Assembly: GCF_006345805.1 (NCBI RefSeq)
Contig: NC_042997.1
Span: forward strand, 129,394,001 to 129,458,000
DNA from: Octopus sinensis
Lineage: Eukaryota
Length of the DNA stretch: 64,000 nucleotides
Direction of reading: 5' to 3'
Shown: positions 26,370 to 40,100 of the stretch, piece by piece
Layout: each line of letters begins with the position of its first letter
How positions within the stretch are numbered: the stretch's first letter is position 1
Notes under the pieces: model-generated
The model's input: the letters and a program-made list of their open reading frames with translations, nothing else
The model's database searches: none
What the model was told of the DNA's origin: nothing
Made by a program: the position numbers and the translations under genes

Positions 26370-26760
26370 TCAACTTGAAGAGCTTTAGAGCATGATTGGC
26401 ATTCATGTGTGATGGTAAGATAGAGACGAATGACAGTAGTTTGTTGAGGTACTCAGAGAAGAGTTCGGTAGAACAATTACAGGTGGAGATGATGGTGTGG
26501 CTGAGATTTGGAAACAATTGGTGGAAATTCAGAGTGTAGTTATAAGGTTAGTGACAGCTGGGAGATGTAAATTGAGAGCTTGTGCATAGTTGCAGAGATT
26601 TATTTCTGGCTGTAGCTCATAAAATCCATAGGCAATTGTTGTAGAAGTGAAAACTGTCGAGTTGGGTGTGCTTCTTATTTGTAGAAGTCAGTTTTCTTGA
26701 CTACTATGGCACCATCACATTGGTTAGCTTAATGATATTCTCAATACCTTGGAGTTTCTA
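26370..26760 (-). mobile_element. Decayed Penelope-like element RT fragment
   Basis: HTIISTCNCSTELFSEYLNKLLSFVSILPSHMNANHALKL resembles the PLE RT block (RPIIS..xxPTE.IS.xLDxxLxPxVxxLPSYIxDTxHxL). Confidence 0.65.
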
Positions 26761-27777
26761 GAAAACATCAAATTCTGACAGGAAATATCTAACTACTTGT
26801 GCTGTTTCCTAAAATCAAAGATATTTAAATCATACACTTCTTGACAAATATGTTGAACAAGCTGTGTAGACCCACCTTAAAAGACATTTAGAGGAAGTCT
26901 GTTTTAGTTGGTGAAGTCATCCTCAGTTGGCAGGTTCCATCCCTCTATTAAAGAATGAAGTCTTTAGTTGCATATACATTATGTATGTTTGTGTTTGTAA
27001 ATAAATATATATATGAGTGTATATGAGAGAGAGATACAGACACGGGAAAAGTTCTTTCCAAAGTCATTATTACTAGTTGATATTCTTGTAGCTTGGTTGA
27101 ATTCAAGCTGATATTGATATTTACTGTACACAAAAGTTCTGAAAATTTAAAGCAATAAGGAAATGATAAACAGCATCAAATAAAAATATATTGTGTAAGT
27201 TCATGGTTGACTAACAATATCAAAATACTGCCATTTTTTGAACTAAAACATTTGTTTTAACAGACAAATAAAGATGTGCAGTGTTCTTATAAAATGTAGT
27301 CCTGAAATGTATTCCATCATAAAAGTGGTTGGGTCTTTGTCTTCAATAGAAATTTTTTTTTCTTTTACTTGTAGAGGATATGAAGACTTCATGCAAACAG
27401 GAAGCAACAATTGGAGAATAGCTTGAAACATTTAGCATATAACTGTGTTCTCTGTTTCAGCAGTGTAGATCATAAAAGTGTTTGAGATGCTTCCTTGAAA
27501 TTAAATAAAATTCAATTCTTCCATTCTGTTGATGACTCAAAACTCAAAGGTTTCAATACAGAAATTATTTAATAAATTTTGAAAGTAGTTGGATGAGTAA
27601 GAAACAAACTAAATAGTGAAGTTGATATTTTAATAACTAAATATTTGGTGGAGAAATAAAATTAAAAAAAAAAATGAAAAGATATGATTTTTGGTTAGTT
27701 TATTTCTATGAAAGCTGTTCAGTCAACATATGAATGTCATGATTCTATCCATGTGCACAGCTGCTGCTTTGTAAGAA

Positions 27778-27930
27778 TTACAGACCAATTGTATAGGACC
27801 GTCCCTTTGGGTTATGGATTGGAAGAATCTGAGGCTCACGAATACACCATTCATACCAAACTTTACGATCTGTAACAACTCGCCAGAAATCAACAACAAC
27901 ACGGCTATCTTTCTTTAAGAATATTGGTTC
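27778..27930 (-). CDS. PRMT5: PRMT5 exon 17, coding part ([50 protein letters not shown])
   Basis: Acceptor cttccag; conserved C-terminal RSYTIGL; stop TAA. Confidence 0.97.
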   Translation of the reverse strand, partial: EPIFLKKDSRVVVDFWRVVTDRKVWYEWCIREPQILPIHNPKGRSYTIGL

Positions 27931-28072
27931 CTGGAAGAAATAAAAAAAAACAAAAAAAAAAAAACGAATTTATTAATTAGGTTTTAACTGAAAGAAATGG
28001 CAATATAAGTAAATGACTTAGAAGCTTAAGTTTTAAACAGAATTAATATATACCCAGGTATTGCAATCTGAA

Positions 28073-28125
<53 letters not shown>

Positions 28126-31100
28126 TTCATTGATATTTGCATTTTTATGAAAACTGTTCCCACTATTTTACTGTATTTATTGCACAAGTCAGTTGCTTCT
28201 TTATTAAATCTATATTTCACAATATAACAATGTCAATGGTAAGCACATTGCTAAAATGCTTCCATCACCAAATAAATTAGCTCAGTACAAATGATCTAGT
28301 TAATAAAAGTAACAATTATATGATGTAGAAGTTTCCTAATACTAATTGAAACTTTCTAGTATTATGTAAGAAAGTGAACCAGCAATACCTTTATGGGGAA
28401 GAGTATAGGAAACCAACTAAACATTCCTGCAGAATGTGTTGAGGGGAGAATACCTGTAGAAAGAGAAGAGAGAGTGTGAGAAGAATAAAATAGAGTTTCA
28501 AGTAAAAACTGGATAAATACAATTTCAAAACTAATTTCTAAGCAATATCAGATAAAATGTTAAATATTTAGGGAATATAGTGATTTGGAGAGGAAGATAA
28601 CAACTTAGTAGGAAACGAATGTATGGAGTGTAATTGTTGTGATGAAACATGGAAATATATTTGAACATTGGATGGTAAATTAACTGATACAGTATACCAG
28701 ATACACTCAGGACTAGAGTCACCTAGCTCAGTGTATCACTCTCAGAAAGACAACGATAAGATTTTGACCTAGAATGTGACTAAGCTGGATAATTATCAGG
28801 TCTAATTTTACAGTCTATCATTAAGATTTGGAATAAGTTGTACTAACACTCCAGATATTAAAGTTTGTTTAGGGGGAAAAATTAAGTGAAACATGAAAAC
28901 ATTCTTTTATGATAAACAGGTGAGAAGTGTTTAGAAAAGGTGAAAATGTTTACAAGAGTATAGAGGCAGGTACAAGTTATAGAAGAGTAATTAATACAAT
29001 CATTAGAAAGGAAGAGACATCTAATGAGAGAGAAATACATTTTAAAGTGGTGAGGACAAAAGTAAATTTGAGAGAAAAATAGAAAGCTAATTGGATTGAG
29101 CAAAAGTTAAATGAAGTAAATAGTAAAGTGAAATCAAGAAACTTACTTAAAGTTACATTTCCATAAAGTACAGAATCAAAATATCCAGCAAAACCATGTA
29201 AGACGGCATCAGACTTAATATGAAACTGTATGCTCACATAACGAGAATTATCAATCACTTCACCTAGAAAACAGAATTCATGTCATCAAAGAATTTCACA
29301 TGGATGTTAAACAAATGTAGGCGTAGGAGTGGCTGTGTGGTAAGTAGCTTGCTTATGAACCACATGGTTCTGGGTTCAATCCCACTGCGTGGCACGCTGG
29401 GCAAGTGTCTTCTACTATAGCCTCGGGCCGACCAAAGTCTTGTGAGTGGATTTGGTAGATGGAAACTGAAAGAAGCCCATCGTATATATGCATGTATGTG
29501 TGTGTATATATATATATGTGTGTGGTGTGTGTGTGTGTGTATAAGTTTGTGTTTGTGTCTGTCCCCCCCAACATCGCTTGACAACCAATGCTGGTGTGTT
29601 TACGTCCCCATAACTTAGCGGTTCGGCATAAGAGACCGATAGAATAAGTACTAGGCTTACAAAGAATAAGTCCTGGGGTCAATTTGCTCGACTAAAGGCA
29701 GTGCTCCAGCATGGCCACAGTCAAATGACTGAAACAAGTAAAAGAGTAAATGTAGCTACAATACTCCTTTCTACTATAGGCACAAGGCTTGAAATTTTAG
29801 GGGAGGGGACCTGTCAATACATCAACCTTTGTACTTTCACTGTGCTGATTAAATTTTTGCAAACTAACATGCAGATACTGAATTAATTTCTTAAAATTGA
29901 TAAGTTATGTACACAAGCAATACTATGCCATCTGAAATGTGAAGAATTCCAGAATGTAAACTTGGTTCTTAACTTCTAGCACAGTTAAGGTTAAGCTTTG
30001 TTTATCACATCAATCTTGAGACAAGCTAGAAGTGAGATCACAAGGTTTGCTACATGATGAAGATAATGTTGCAAATTTAAGGAGGTCTAGTTTGCAAACT
30101 CCTTTAGTGGTTCCTCATAAAAAGTTTCCTGTGTATTTTATACTGAATCAATCTTCTTACTACAATCTTGATCTTCATGGTTGTTGGGAAGTTAGAGTAG
30201 ATATATATATCTGTGGGTGTGTGTATGTGTTTTTAAAATACATTCTTTGCAGAGAACAGTTATTGTTTAGAGAAACTGAAGATATGTCTAGTTCACGCTA
30301 GGTATGAAACCAACGGGAATTTCCCTAAAACTGTTACTTTACACATACAAATATATATATATATATATATTAATAACTCACAGATAGAGCAGCATCATTA
30401 GTAATATTCTAATGACATTAATATGCTAATAAAATCATTTAATAGCAAATACCTCAATTTATTTAATATTACATGTTATTTTCTTTTCTTAATGTTAATA
30501 TAAGTTGGATTTTAGTTGTTGCGCAGCTCCAGACCAGCCTTGGTTCAGCAGATATATGATCAAAGAAATTCTAGTAGTGACCATTCTTTCCATTTTGTTG
30601 ACTTAGATAACATATCAACATGTGTTACATTTATAAAATTTGTGAGGGTTATTGCAGCAGATACCCTAAGAATGAAACAGAGAAATTACCACCAACAAGG
30701 TGGTAATCATTGGACAAATTAGAACATTGTCATATTTTCTTCAGCATCCTCTTCCATTTACATAAAGAGTACAATATAAGGGATGATGTGCACCCAACCA
30801 TGTCTGGTAAGTTCACTGTCATCAATTTACTGCAAGGAAAGTTCACTGTCATCATTTCACTGCAGGGTAAATTCACCATCATCAATTTACCATTTTTTTC
30901 AATAAAATACTTTTTAACTATTAATAATGGTGAGATAATATGGATATATTTTCTCAGTAAACTTTCTTCACAGTGAACTTCCCCAGTGGTAAATTGATTG
31001 CAGTGAACTTACCTGTAATTACACTCAACACTGGCCAATGCACTTTCATCTTATCTATAGCAAAGCCAGCAGGTTTATTAAATTTAACATTGTCTGACTA

Positions 31101-34100
31101 GATCCTCATTAATAATAGCTAACCTTTGGCATCTGGAGAAGTTTCCAAAACCTTAGCAAAAAAGAAATTTTATGGACATTTTTAGTAGACACCAATAATA
31201 TAATTTTAATTTACGGCTATCTAATAATCCAATGGCAGATATATATATATATATATATATGATGATATATATATGCCTATTCTACTCTAGCTGTGAGGGG
31301 AAATAAAAGTTACTTAGCCACCTTCAACTTAAGCTAACAAAGCAGTGCTTTTGGCTTTTATGAGTCTCACTAACTTTAAAAACAATTGCTTTACAAAACT
31401 CTATTCAAATGCATACATTTATTAATCTATCCTACCTACAGAAAAGAAAAATAGTTCAATAAACTGTGAAGAAAAAATGTAATAAATTTGGCAATAAACT
31501 TACCTCTATTTGGGTGTCTAAAATTAAAAACTTTCTTGGGTTCAGATAAAATCTGACAGTTGTGGAGCCGTACAACATAAGGCATCTCAAAAGGGGCCTG
31601 AAATATTAAATTATATTAAACAGATATGTGGAGTTGTTGTTTAGACTCGAGTTGGCCCTGACTGAGCAATCCTATGATCAAAGGCTTTACAGCTGTCATC
31701 ACCTTGTTTAATTCCCATTTGCAGGGAGCTCAGACCCATATTATCTAAAGTAAACATTTTTAAAGGCAGTTTGGTATGATCTGAGGGAGATTTGGCTGCT
31801 ATTTCTGGCAAACTGAGCATCCATGCAGACACACCTTTATTGACATGTATGAAGGAAGTAGTTTATGCTTGTGGAAGTTGACAAAATAACTAATTCATAA
31901 TCTAATTCTTCTTCTACTTCAACATTAACAATTAATGACAGTATGCCATTTCTGAAAATGTCAAATAAAATTAGACATGATACAGAGCTTTGTGTGATGC
32001 CATTTATTCTTCCACTCAGAATTAGTATCAGCTGTTAAACATTTTGGTTTCTTCCAAAAAGGAATTTACTAACTCATAAATATCAAAATATCGACTAATA
32101 AACTTTTGAAAATGTCTATAAAATAAAATTAGATTTCTAAATTCTCATTCAATTCCAGTTCCTAGTCATGTGCCTGATATATTTCTCACTCCACTGTTTT
32201 AGGATCTTTAAAGCTTAAATTTTTGGGGCCTCCAGCAAGCTCGGGTATGATATGTATTTAATACTTTGATTTCATTGAAATGATGTAAGCTTCCAAAAAA
32301 CTTTGTGTTTCATTGAATGGATAAGAAATGTGTTTTGATTTAGTTTATGATGGTATTGACCTCAACACTACAAATTGTAAAGCACTCATTAGTTTTTAAT
32401 TTTGTGCTTTTATTGCTTGCTGTGGAAAGTCATTCCTACTTTGTGGTATCTGTTATCAACTAGTTACGCTGGGCTAAACACAAACCCAGTGATATTAGCA
32501 GGCTCTTGTCCAGCTGTCTGGTATTCTATCAGCTTGGTCCTCTATGCTCTCATTTCATATATGTCAGCTGCTTAAAATATTGTTAGCATATAAAGCGGTC
32601 ATGGGCCACCTGCGGTTTGCAGACCGCATGCAGCCCACAGGAGTTTCCTAGTAGTGCAGCCCACCTGATGGTTAGTCATGTCTCATGTGGCCCGCTTCTT
32701 GAAAAAGGTTGCCCATGTCTGTTATAAAGACTTGTGGGAAACTAACCAACAATAAATTTTAGAAATTGAAATATTCTGATCCTGAAAAACAGAAAAGATA
32801 ATGTTGGCTGGTTGTATAGTTAATATATACTATTCTAAGATTAATTGTTTCTTCTCTTTCACAACCTGATGCCTTAATTACTAAATGATCCCAGTTTCAA
32901 TTAACTACATTTAAAAATTAGATTAGTAATGAGAATTGGGTGGGGAGTATTCGTTAGTTATTTCTACTCAAGCTTTTCACATGAGATGTAGTTGCGATGA
33001 GAGAATGACCGCAAAGGAGAATACCATCATTTAGTATCATCCTTTTACAGTTTTTGGCTCATTACATTAACCCTTTTGTTACTGTATTTATTTTGAGATG
33101 CTCTGTGTGTCTTTCAGTTAATTTTAAATATAACAAAGAATTTACTGGCACCAGTGCAGGTGGCACGTAAAAAGCACCCACTACACTCATGGAGTGGTTG
33201 GCATTAGGAAGGGCATCCAGCTGTAGAAACATTGCCAGATAAGACCAGACCCTGGTGCAGCCTTCTGGCTTCCCAGATCCCCGGTCGAACCGTCCAACCC
33301 ATGCTAGCATGGAGAACGGACGTTAAACGATGATGATGATGATGATGATAAATATTCCTTTGTATTTCAATAACACTTCCATAAAAGTCCTTTTAAAATT
33401 TTTCTATGATTTAGTCACAAGTACCCATGATCATTTTACAAGACATCCATGACTGATGGGAAAAAACGAGAAAATATCAATGACTTACAAGTCACCATCC
33501 CTCTGAGAGAAAACCTGGTCCTTATATTTACGATAGAGTAGAAACAGCTAAGGCCACTTAAGGATTAGTTGTAATATTATACCAGTCAATAGATTAAGTT
33601 TACCATGAAGTTTCTGTCTACCAATTTCACTAACAAGACTTGGCTTAGGTTTATTCAAAATTACAGTAGAAGAAACTTGAATGATAATCTGCACAGAGTT
33701 ATGAGAGCTGAAGCAACATGATTGTGAAGCAAAATTATTAGATGAAGATGAAAGAGTGAGTGGAAATATTTAGCACAGTCAGCATTTATTTTTAAATGTC
33801 TCAGATAAAAGTAAGTTCTGTGCAAATATGAAAGTGTATCATACACTATTCTGCTCTTCAATGTGGTGAAGTATCTTCACAAGGTTTACACTGAATTCTA
33901 AAATGTTTTTCAAGTACATCAGGAACAGTCAAACACTTACAAAAATACAGACAACAAAACTTCAAAAAGGTTTTAGATTTATTATCTATTTTATTTATTG
34001 TGAATCCCAGGTCAGCATACCTATAATCAGATATTTTAGCTATTCCAACTTTTTCAGGTATAGTGTTATGCCTACTCCACACTCTTATAACCTACCCAAT

Positions 34101-37100
34101 CACATGTCATTGCTTCCTTATCATTCTATTCTTCACCACCTCCTTTTCCCCACAGTCAGTCATCTCCCTTCCCCTATTCCATCAACACTACCTGATTTCT
34201 ACACTCATCACCTACTCTCCCCTACTTATCATTCCTCAACACTTATTCTTCATTATATTCTCCCTCTCATCCTTTCCCTACCTCTAACCATCACTTCACT
34301 CTCTTATTCACACTTGCAAATTCAACCCACCCACACCTCCTGTTCTCCTACTTCCATTTATTTCCACTATCTTTATCTTTTTTTCAGTCTCCAGCAACCA
34401 CTCCCACCCTCTCCTCTATGTGAGTAGACATGTAGCTCTTCTACAGCAAGAAACCTGTTCTGTTTCTATTACCTCTTCTCACACTCTAATTCCTCATCTA
34501 GCATAAAACCACCTCCCTGCTACTCTACTGTAACCCCACTCAGTTGAAAGAATTGTAGTCTTGCAGGCTGCATGGTGACCTCACTAGTGCTGGTGCCATT
34601 AAAAAAAATAGCCAGTACATGCTGTAAAGTGACTGGCATTAGGAAGGGCATCTAGCTATAGAAACCACGTCAAAGCAGACATTGGAGCACGAGGAAATCA
34701 TTGGATTCATCAGATCCTATCAAACTGTCCAACACATGCCAGTATGGAACATGGATGTAAATGACAATGATGATGATGATTACTGAATGTGTCATCCATC
34801 CAACTGACTCAGATCATTATAAAGGAATATTTCTGTACAAGCTGGATAAGTAGATTAAATCTATTGTTGGTTAACATAAGATTAAACAATGAATACATCT
34901 TGATATTTTTAAATACAGCAAAATTTGCTAATACAAAGAACAAAGAAATGGAAGAAGATTCTCTAATTTTACAAATAACAAAGTCATATATTGATTCAAT
35001 CCAGAATGAAAAAGTATAAATTAACGAACCTCTGGGGATTTGTCTTTGTCTTTACTTAATCTGACTTCATTATACAGCTTAGCAGATTGCAAAGGAGCCA
35101 GGTATGAGGTATATTCTTTGGGGATACTGATTCCATCATCTAGAAATCAAAGATAACAAAAGTCAGTAATCTGAGTAGTTAACCTACAAGAACATTAAAC
35201 TCTGGAGGTTTACAGTTCTTCCTTAAAACTATTGAAATAGAAAAAAGACGTTTACGGTAGTGTGGTTGAAGGCAAGATGCAAGTTCTTAAATAAAAAGAG
35301 TAAGGACCGTTTAAAATATAAATTAGGAAGTTTTACGGATGGGAGCATGATGAAAGGCATTCAGAGAAGTATTTCGAATCGTAAAGAATTCTCAGCAGCA
35401 ACAGGAATGAGCTATAGAACCATTACCCTTGTTTCCCAACTAATTCCCAATGCACTTTACTATACAATATCATCCTAGGCCTGTAGCTCATTCCCAGTGT
35501 TCCTTACTAGATATCATTACTCATGAGAATATAACATATAAGACTGTAGATTTAATACATATCCAATATACATGAATTATGCTTTCATTAGTATATACTA
35601 ATAGTGCACCTTTTATAGAATAACACAGTATTATTAGTAGAACTTATGCAAGCATAGAAAAGTGGAAACAATGATGACATTTCACCTCCATTATAAGTAT
35701 CTGGTATTTATATAGTGACACTGCACTTCCATTAAATGTGCTTCTTATTTATACAGTGACACTGTACCATCACTATATGTATGTGGTATTTATACAGTGA
35801 TGGAGCACCACTAATATAGCTGATTGGTATACAGTGATACTGCATTATTAGTATTTTTATATGTAATGTTATACTGCATCTCCACTGTTGTGGTATTTAT
35901 AGAATGATATTGCATACAAAATCCAGTATGGACCATTAGAATTAAGTTTCATTTAAATGCCTGATATGAAACATAAGTTAACCTTTTCACCTGGTTAGCA
36001 CATAATATTGGCATTTGTAGCATTAAACAGATAAGAGTCAACACCTCTCCTGAATAGTATGCCAATTTATTACAGGTAATACTAGGCTGTTCTGTTCTAG
36101 GCATCAGAATGAACAACAGCAAATCTGTATTGAATTAAAAATCTCAAATCATGAACTGGTAATGCAATATTGTATCTGATTAGCCATGCAATATCTCTAT
36201 ATGGAATAGAGAAAAATACAGAATTGATATGATATAAAAAATTGGTGTCATATATATTATATGGTATATAGAAATGTTGATGTTTTAAAAAAGTAATATA
36301 GAAACAGTGTGAGATGTAATGAAGGATATATAGAAGTGGTGTGAAAAACATAAGAGGGTATATTGAATTGGTATGATATATAATATAGAGAATTCAGAGT
36401 CAGTACGATGTAATAGAGATTATATAATAAAGTATGCATAGAAATTTGTGATGAATAACAGAGAGTAATATAAAAATGATGTGATATATAATACAGGGTA
36501 TACAAGAAATAATGTGATATGTATCTCTATATATATATAAAGCTGAAGTTGTCTATGTATGGCAGGTTTGGTAGCCTTTAACTAACACTATCTCCTCCAA
36601 GACCCTGCGGTGCAAGTTGACCAAAATTGAGAGTATGATAGAAGAAGGCTTGCTCTTTCTTCCGTAGAAGGAAAAATTCACATCGGACCAGGTTAATATT
36701 ATTTACATCAAAAAGGTGCTTTTTTTCTATGAAAATCCCTATTTTTTTACGATTTTTTGACTGCTGTGTTGCCATTTTTCGGTGTATTTCAACCAGAAAA
36801 ATGTTCACTTAAAGAGAATAACAAGCTACATAATGCAAAATTTTTACTTTTCAAAAATTCCAATTCCAAAGGGTCGAAACAAACCCGAGCAACACCGGGC
36901 GATACTGCTAGAATATATATAAGAGGGTATATAAAAATGACATAATGGATAGTATATAGAAATGATGTGGTATAAAGTACTATACAAAAATGGCATGATA
37001 TAAAGACCAAATGAAGACAAAACTCTAACAAAGGATTACCTTTGAGAAAACGTTGTGCACCATCCAAACACTCTGGTGACAATTCATTGTCACCAAATGA

Positions 37101-40100
37101 GCCCAAAAGTTCGCTAACAAGTATATCTGCTTTCTCTGGAGCTTCCCATTCTCTCATGTCTTGAAATACAACTTCTACTTGCTCTCCCCACATTTCATCT
37201 TTGTAATTCTCTAGTCTGGAGAAAATACAAAAACATTAGTTAGCACTTGTGAGAAGATAAAAAAAACCCAGAAAACAAACAACCATTATTCATGTAGTTG
37301 AACAGAAATTCATCAAGTTTAACGAGAGACTAAAATATACTTACGTAACTATAGCATTGGGGTTTTTTTCCACAGCATACACTTTGATGTTTCTATCTGC
37401 CTTTTTACTTGCTGTTATTGCAGCTCTGACTAGTGGACCCCGTCCAGCGCCAACCACCATAATCACACTGCAACAACAAAAGCAACACAGATTAAAACAG
37501 AAAGAGAAATAATTTTTAAAATATAAACTGTGAATATTGAGAATGTTTTTTTCTTCCTGAGAATGAAAAAAAAAAGGAGACATTCTTATCTGTACTGAGA
37601 TTAATGAAGTTGTATTGTGTACTTACACTGTTTTCGTGTCTTTTTCCTCTTCCTTTACTCGGTCTAATAGGGCAAAATAGATGGCCTACGAAAATAAAAT
37701 GGCATAATTAGATTAGCACAAATATTTTCAAGGCTGTATGAGATACATTTTAGATATGTCTATCAAGAACTTTAGATTTTAAAAATTAAAATTTGGTGCT
37801 TTCTCTCAGAGCATCATCAGCACTTAACAATTACTTTTCCATGCTTAGATGGAATATGTTGCATGGTTAGATGAAATTTGTTGAGGCAGATTTTCTATGG
37901 ATGAATGCCTTTCCTGTCTCCTCTGTTTCCAAGCAAGGCAATATTTCCCCATTGCTAGATACATTTTACATGGAAGACTGGAAACGAACAACACTGCTTG
38001 TATGAAGGTGATGCTTGTTTACAACCATCACATAATGTCAAAACAAGGAAATATACAAACACATGTACATATCCACTCATAAGGCTTTGGCTGGCCTGGG
38101 GCTATAGTAAAAGACACTTGCCCAAGGTATCATACAGAGTGACTGAACCCAAGACCACATGTTTGGGAAGCAAACTCCTAAACCACACAGTCATGCCTGG
38201 ACTTAAATGTACATCATTTAAGATAATCAACGTCAATGATAGAAATTTCCAGACAACATGTCAACAGTCTAAAATTACAATAACAGCATTAGTTTCCACC
38301 ACCACTCACAAACAAAGACCAATTACTTTATAAACTACCTGTGTTACATGTTAAGATATAGTAAAAAGAAACATATCTTACCTCTTTATATTGGGTATAT
38401 TTGACTGGATCTTTTTCAAATACCTCATAAGTCAGTGACTCCAGATTGTCCATTAACGGCTGAAAACAAGATACAAACATTAGAGATTTACTTGAAAGAA
38501 GACAATGGCTGTTTGTTTGAGAAGGTTGATACCTTTTACAAGCAAGACTTTTCTGTTGATGGAAAAATGGTTTTTTACCTTATACATATTATGGCAAAAA
38601 GTCTCACTTATGGCTCAAGTGAAATGAAGGTCTGACTTTGAGTGAAACAAGACTGCTAATAATTCTTTACATTAGCATAAAGCCACAAATTTGTTGGAAA
38701 CAAGTTTAGGTTGATTATATCAGTCTCAATATATTACTGGTATTTGGTATTTATCAACTTCAGAGGAAGAAATAGCAACCTTAAGTGTATTTGAACTTTG
38801 AACTTTTATGGTGTCATGTAGAAGTGCCTGTGCTAGTGCAATGTTAAAAGCATCCAGTACACTCTGTAAAGTGGTTAACCTTAGGAAAGATGTCTAGCCA
38901 TAGAAACCATGCCAAAATAGACAAATGGAGCCCAGGTAGTTCTCCAACTGGCCAACTCCTGTCAAATGGCCCAATCCATGCCAACACAGAGAATGGATGT
39001 CAAATGATGATGATAATAATGAATGTAGAGAGTGAAGGCCTTCCCACTCATTAATAAAAATGAAAAGTACTACATCAGTAGTGTGAATGTAAATATAAAA
39101 GACATCCAGGAAAGAATGAAAAGTCAGTTCCCAGTTTGAACTGAAGCCATATCTTCTAGTTGACACTGCTTTGCTACCAGCATGTCATCAGTTTTCAAAC
39201 TGGCACACAAATCTTGTCATATCAACATTCCTAAGATGGATATTGGTTTGATATTTTGTAATAGCTAATCTAATCAGAGAACATACAAGTTTAATATCAA
39301 AGCCATTCACATTGGTTGTTATGTTAAAGTTCAAAACCTGCTTTTTGTTTGTGTTGTACTCTGGAGCAAAACACAACCCTTCTTGCTCCAGTTTCACCTC
39401 TATTTTATATATGAGGGATTAGCAGTAGGAAGGACACTATCCAAGTGGTCACTGTCAATCTCCCTTCTTCACACACATACATAGGAAAAAAGGGCTTCTG
39501 TAATTATCATTATCAATTAGACTATTTATTAATCTGTAAAATTTGTTGGAATAAAACAATAAAACTAGAAATTTTAGCTAATGAAAGAATAACTTATTTT
39601 TTAGATATTAATTTTATAGTTTCTTTTTGAGGTCAGTACCTATGAATCTGCAGACTCTCTGAGATTGAGTTCAATTTCAACATTTGTAGGTCTCAACAAA
39701 TGCAGGGAAAAAAAGGGAGCAGGAAGGAGAGGATTTTAGAGGAATATTGTTAAGGGAGGAAGGATTATGCTTACTTGAAGTGGGCATTGTAAATAATCTT
39801 CATATCCTTTAGCAAACTGGCTGAGAGCATCAGGCGTGGGACGGTTCTGTAAAAAAAAAGTTTATTTATATTTTAATATATATTTCTCATTATCTATTAG
39901 TTATCCAAGAAAAACATTTTAAAACTGTGGTTAAAATTATATATTTGGACATTATTATTTGTTTCTTCAACCACCCTGTCTGAATACAGTCCTTCTTGAT
40001 ACTCTAGCATCTTTTGAAACTAATCTGTTCCTTCCATCATTTCAATATTAAGATCACATTTCTTTCTGATTAGATCACACCATCATTTTTCTGGCAGCTT

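Noticed and set aside
14989-27930. POMGNT2 nested inside a PRMT5 intron
   Set aside because: The PRMT5 CDS ends at 27778 with RSYTIGL*, so the genes are convergent and about 11 kb apart.
28977-29258. ORF-track proteins overlapping PRMT5 exons (also 36789-37193, 37341-37583, 42604-43011, 44811-44999, 45553-45879) as separate genes
   Set aside because: Each is one exon read through into intron sequence; homology stops at the splice sites.
33903-34427. 174-aa ORF
   Set aside because: Low-complexity C/T-rich intronic tract with biased composition, antisense to PRMT5, and no recognisable motifs.
34690-34720. Other CTGATGA matches on the minus strand (near 34710 and 2870) as hammerheads
   Set aside because: No stem II followed by GAAA.
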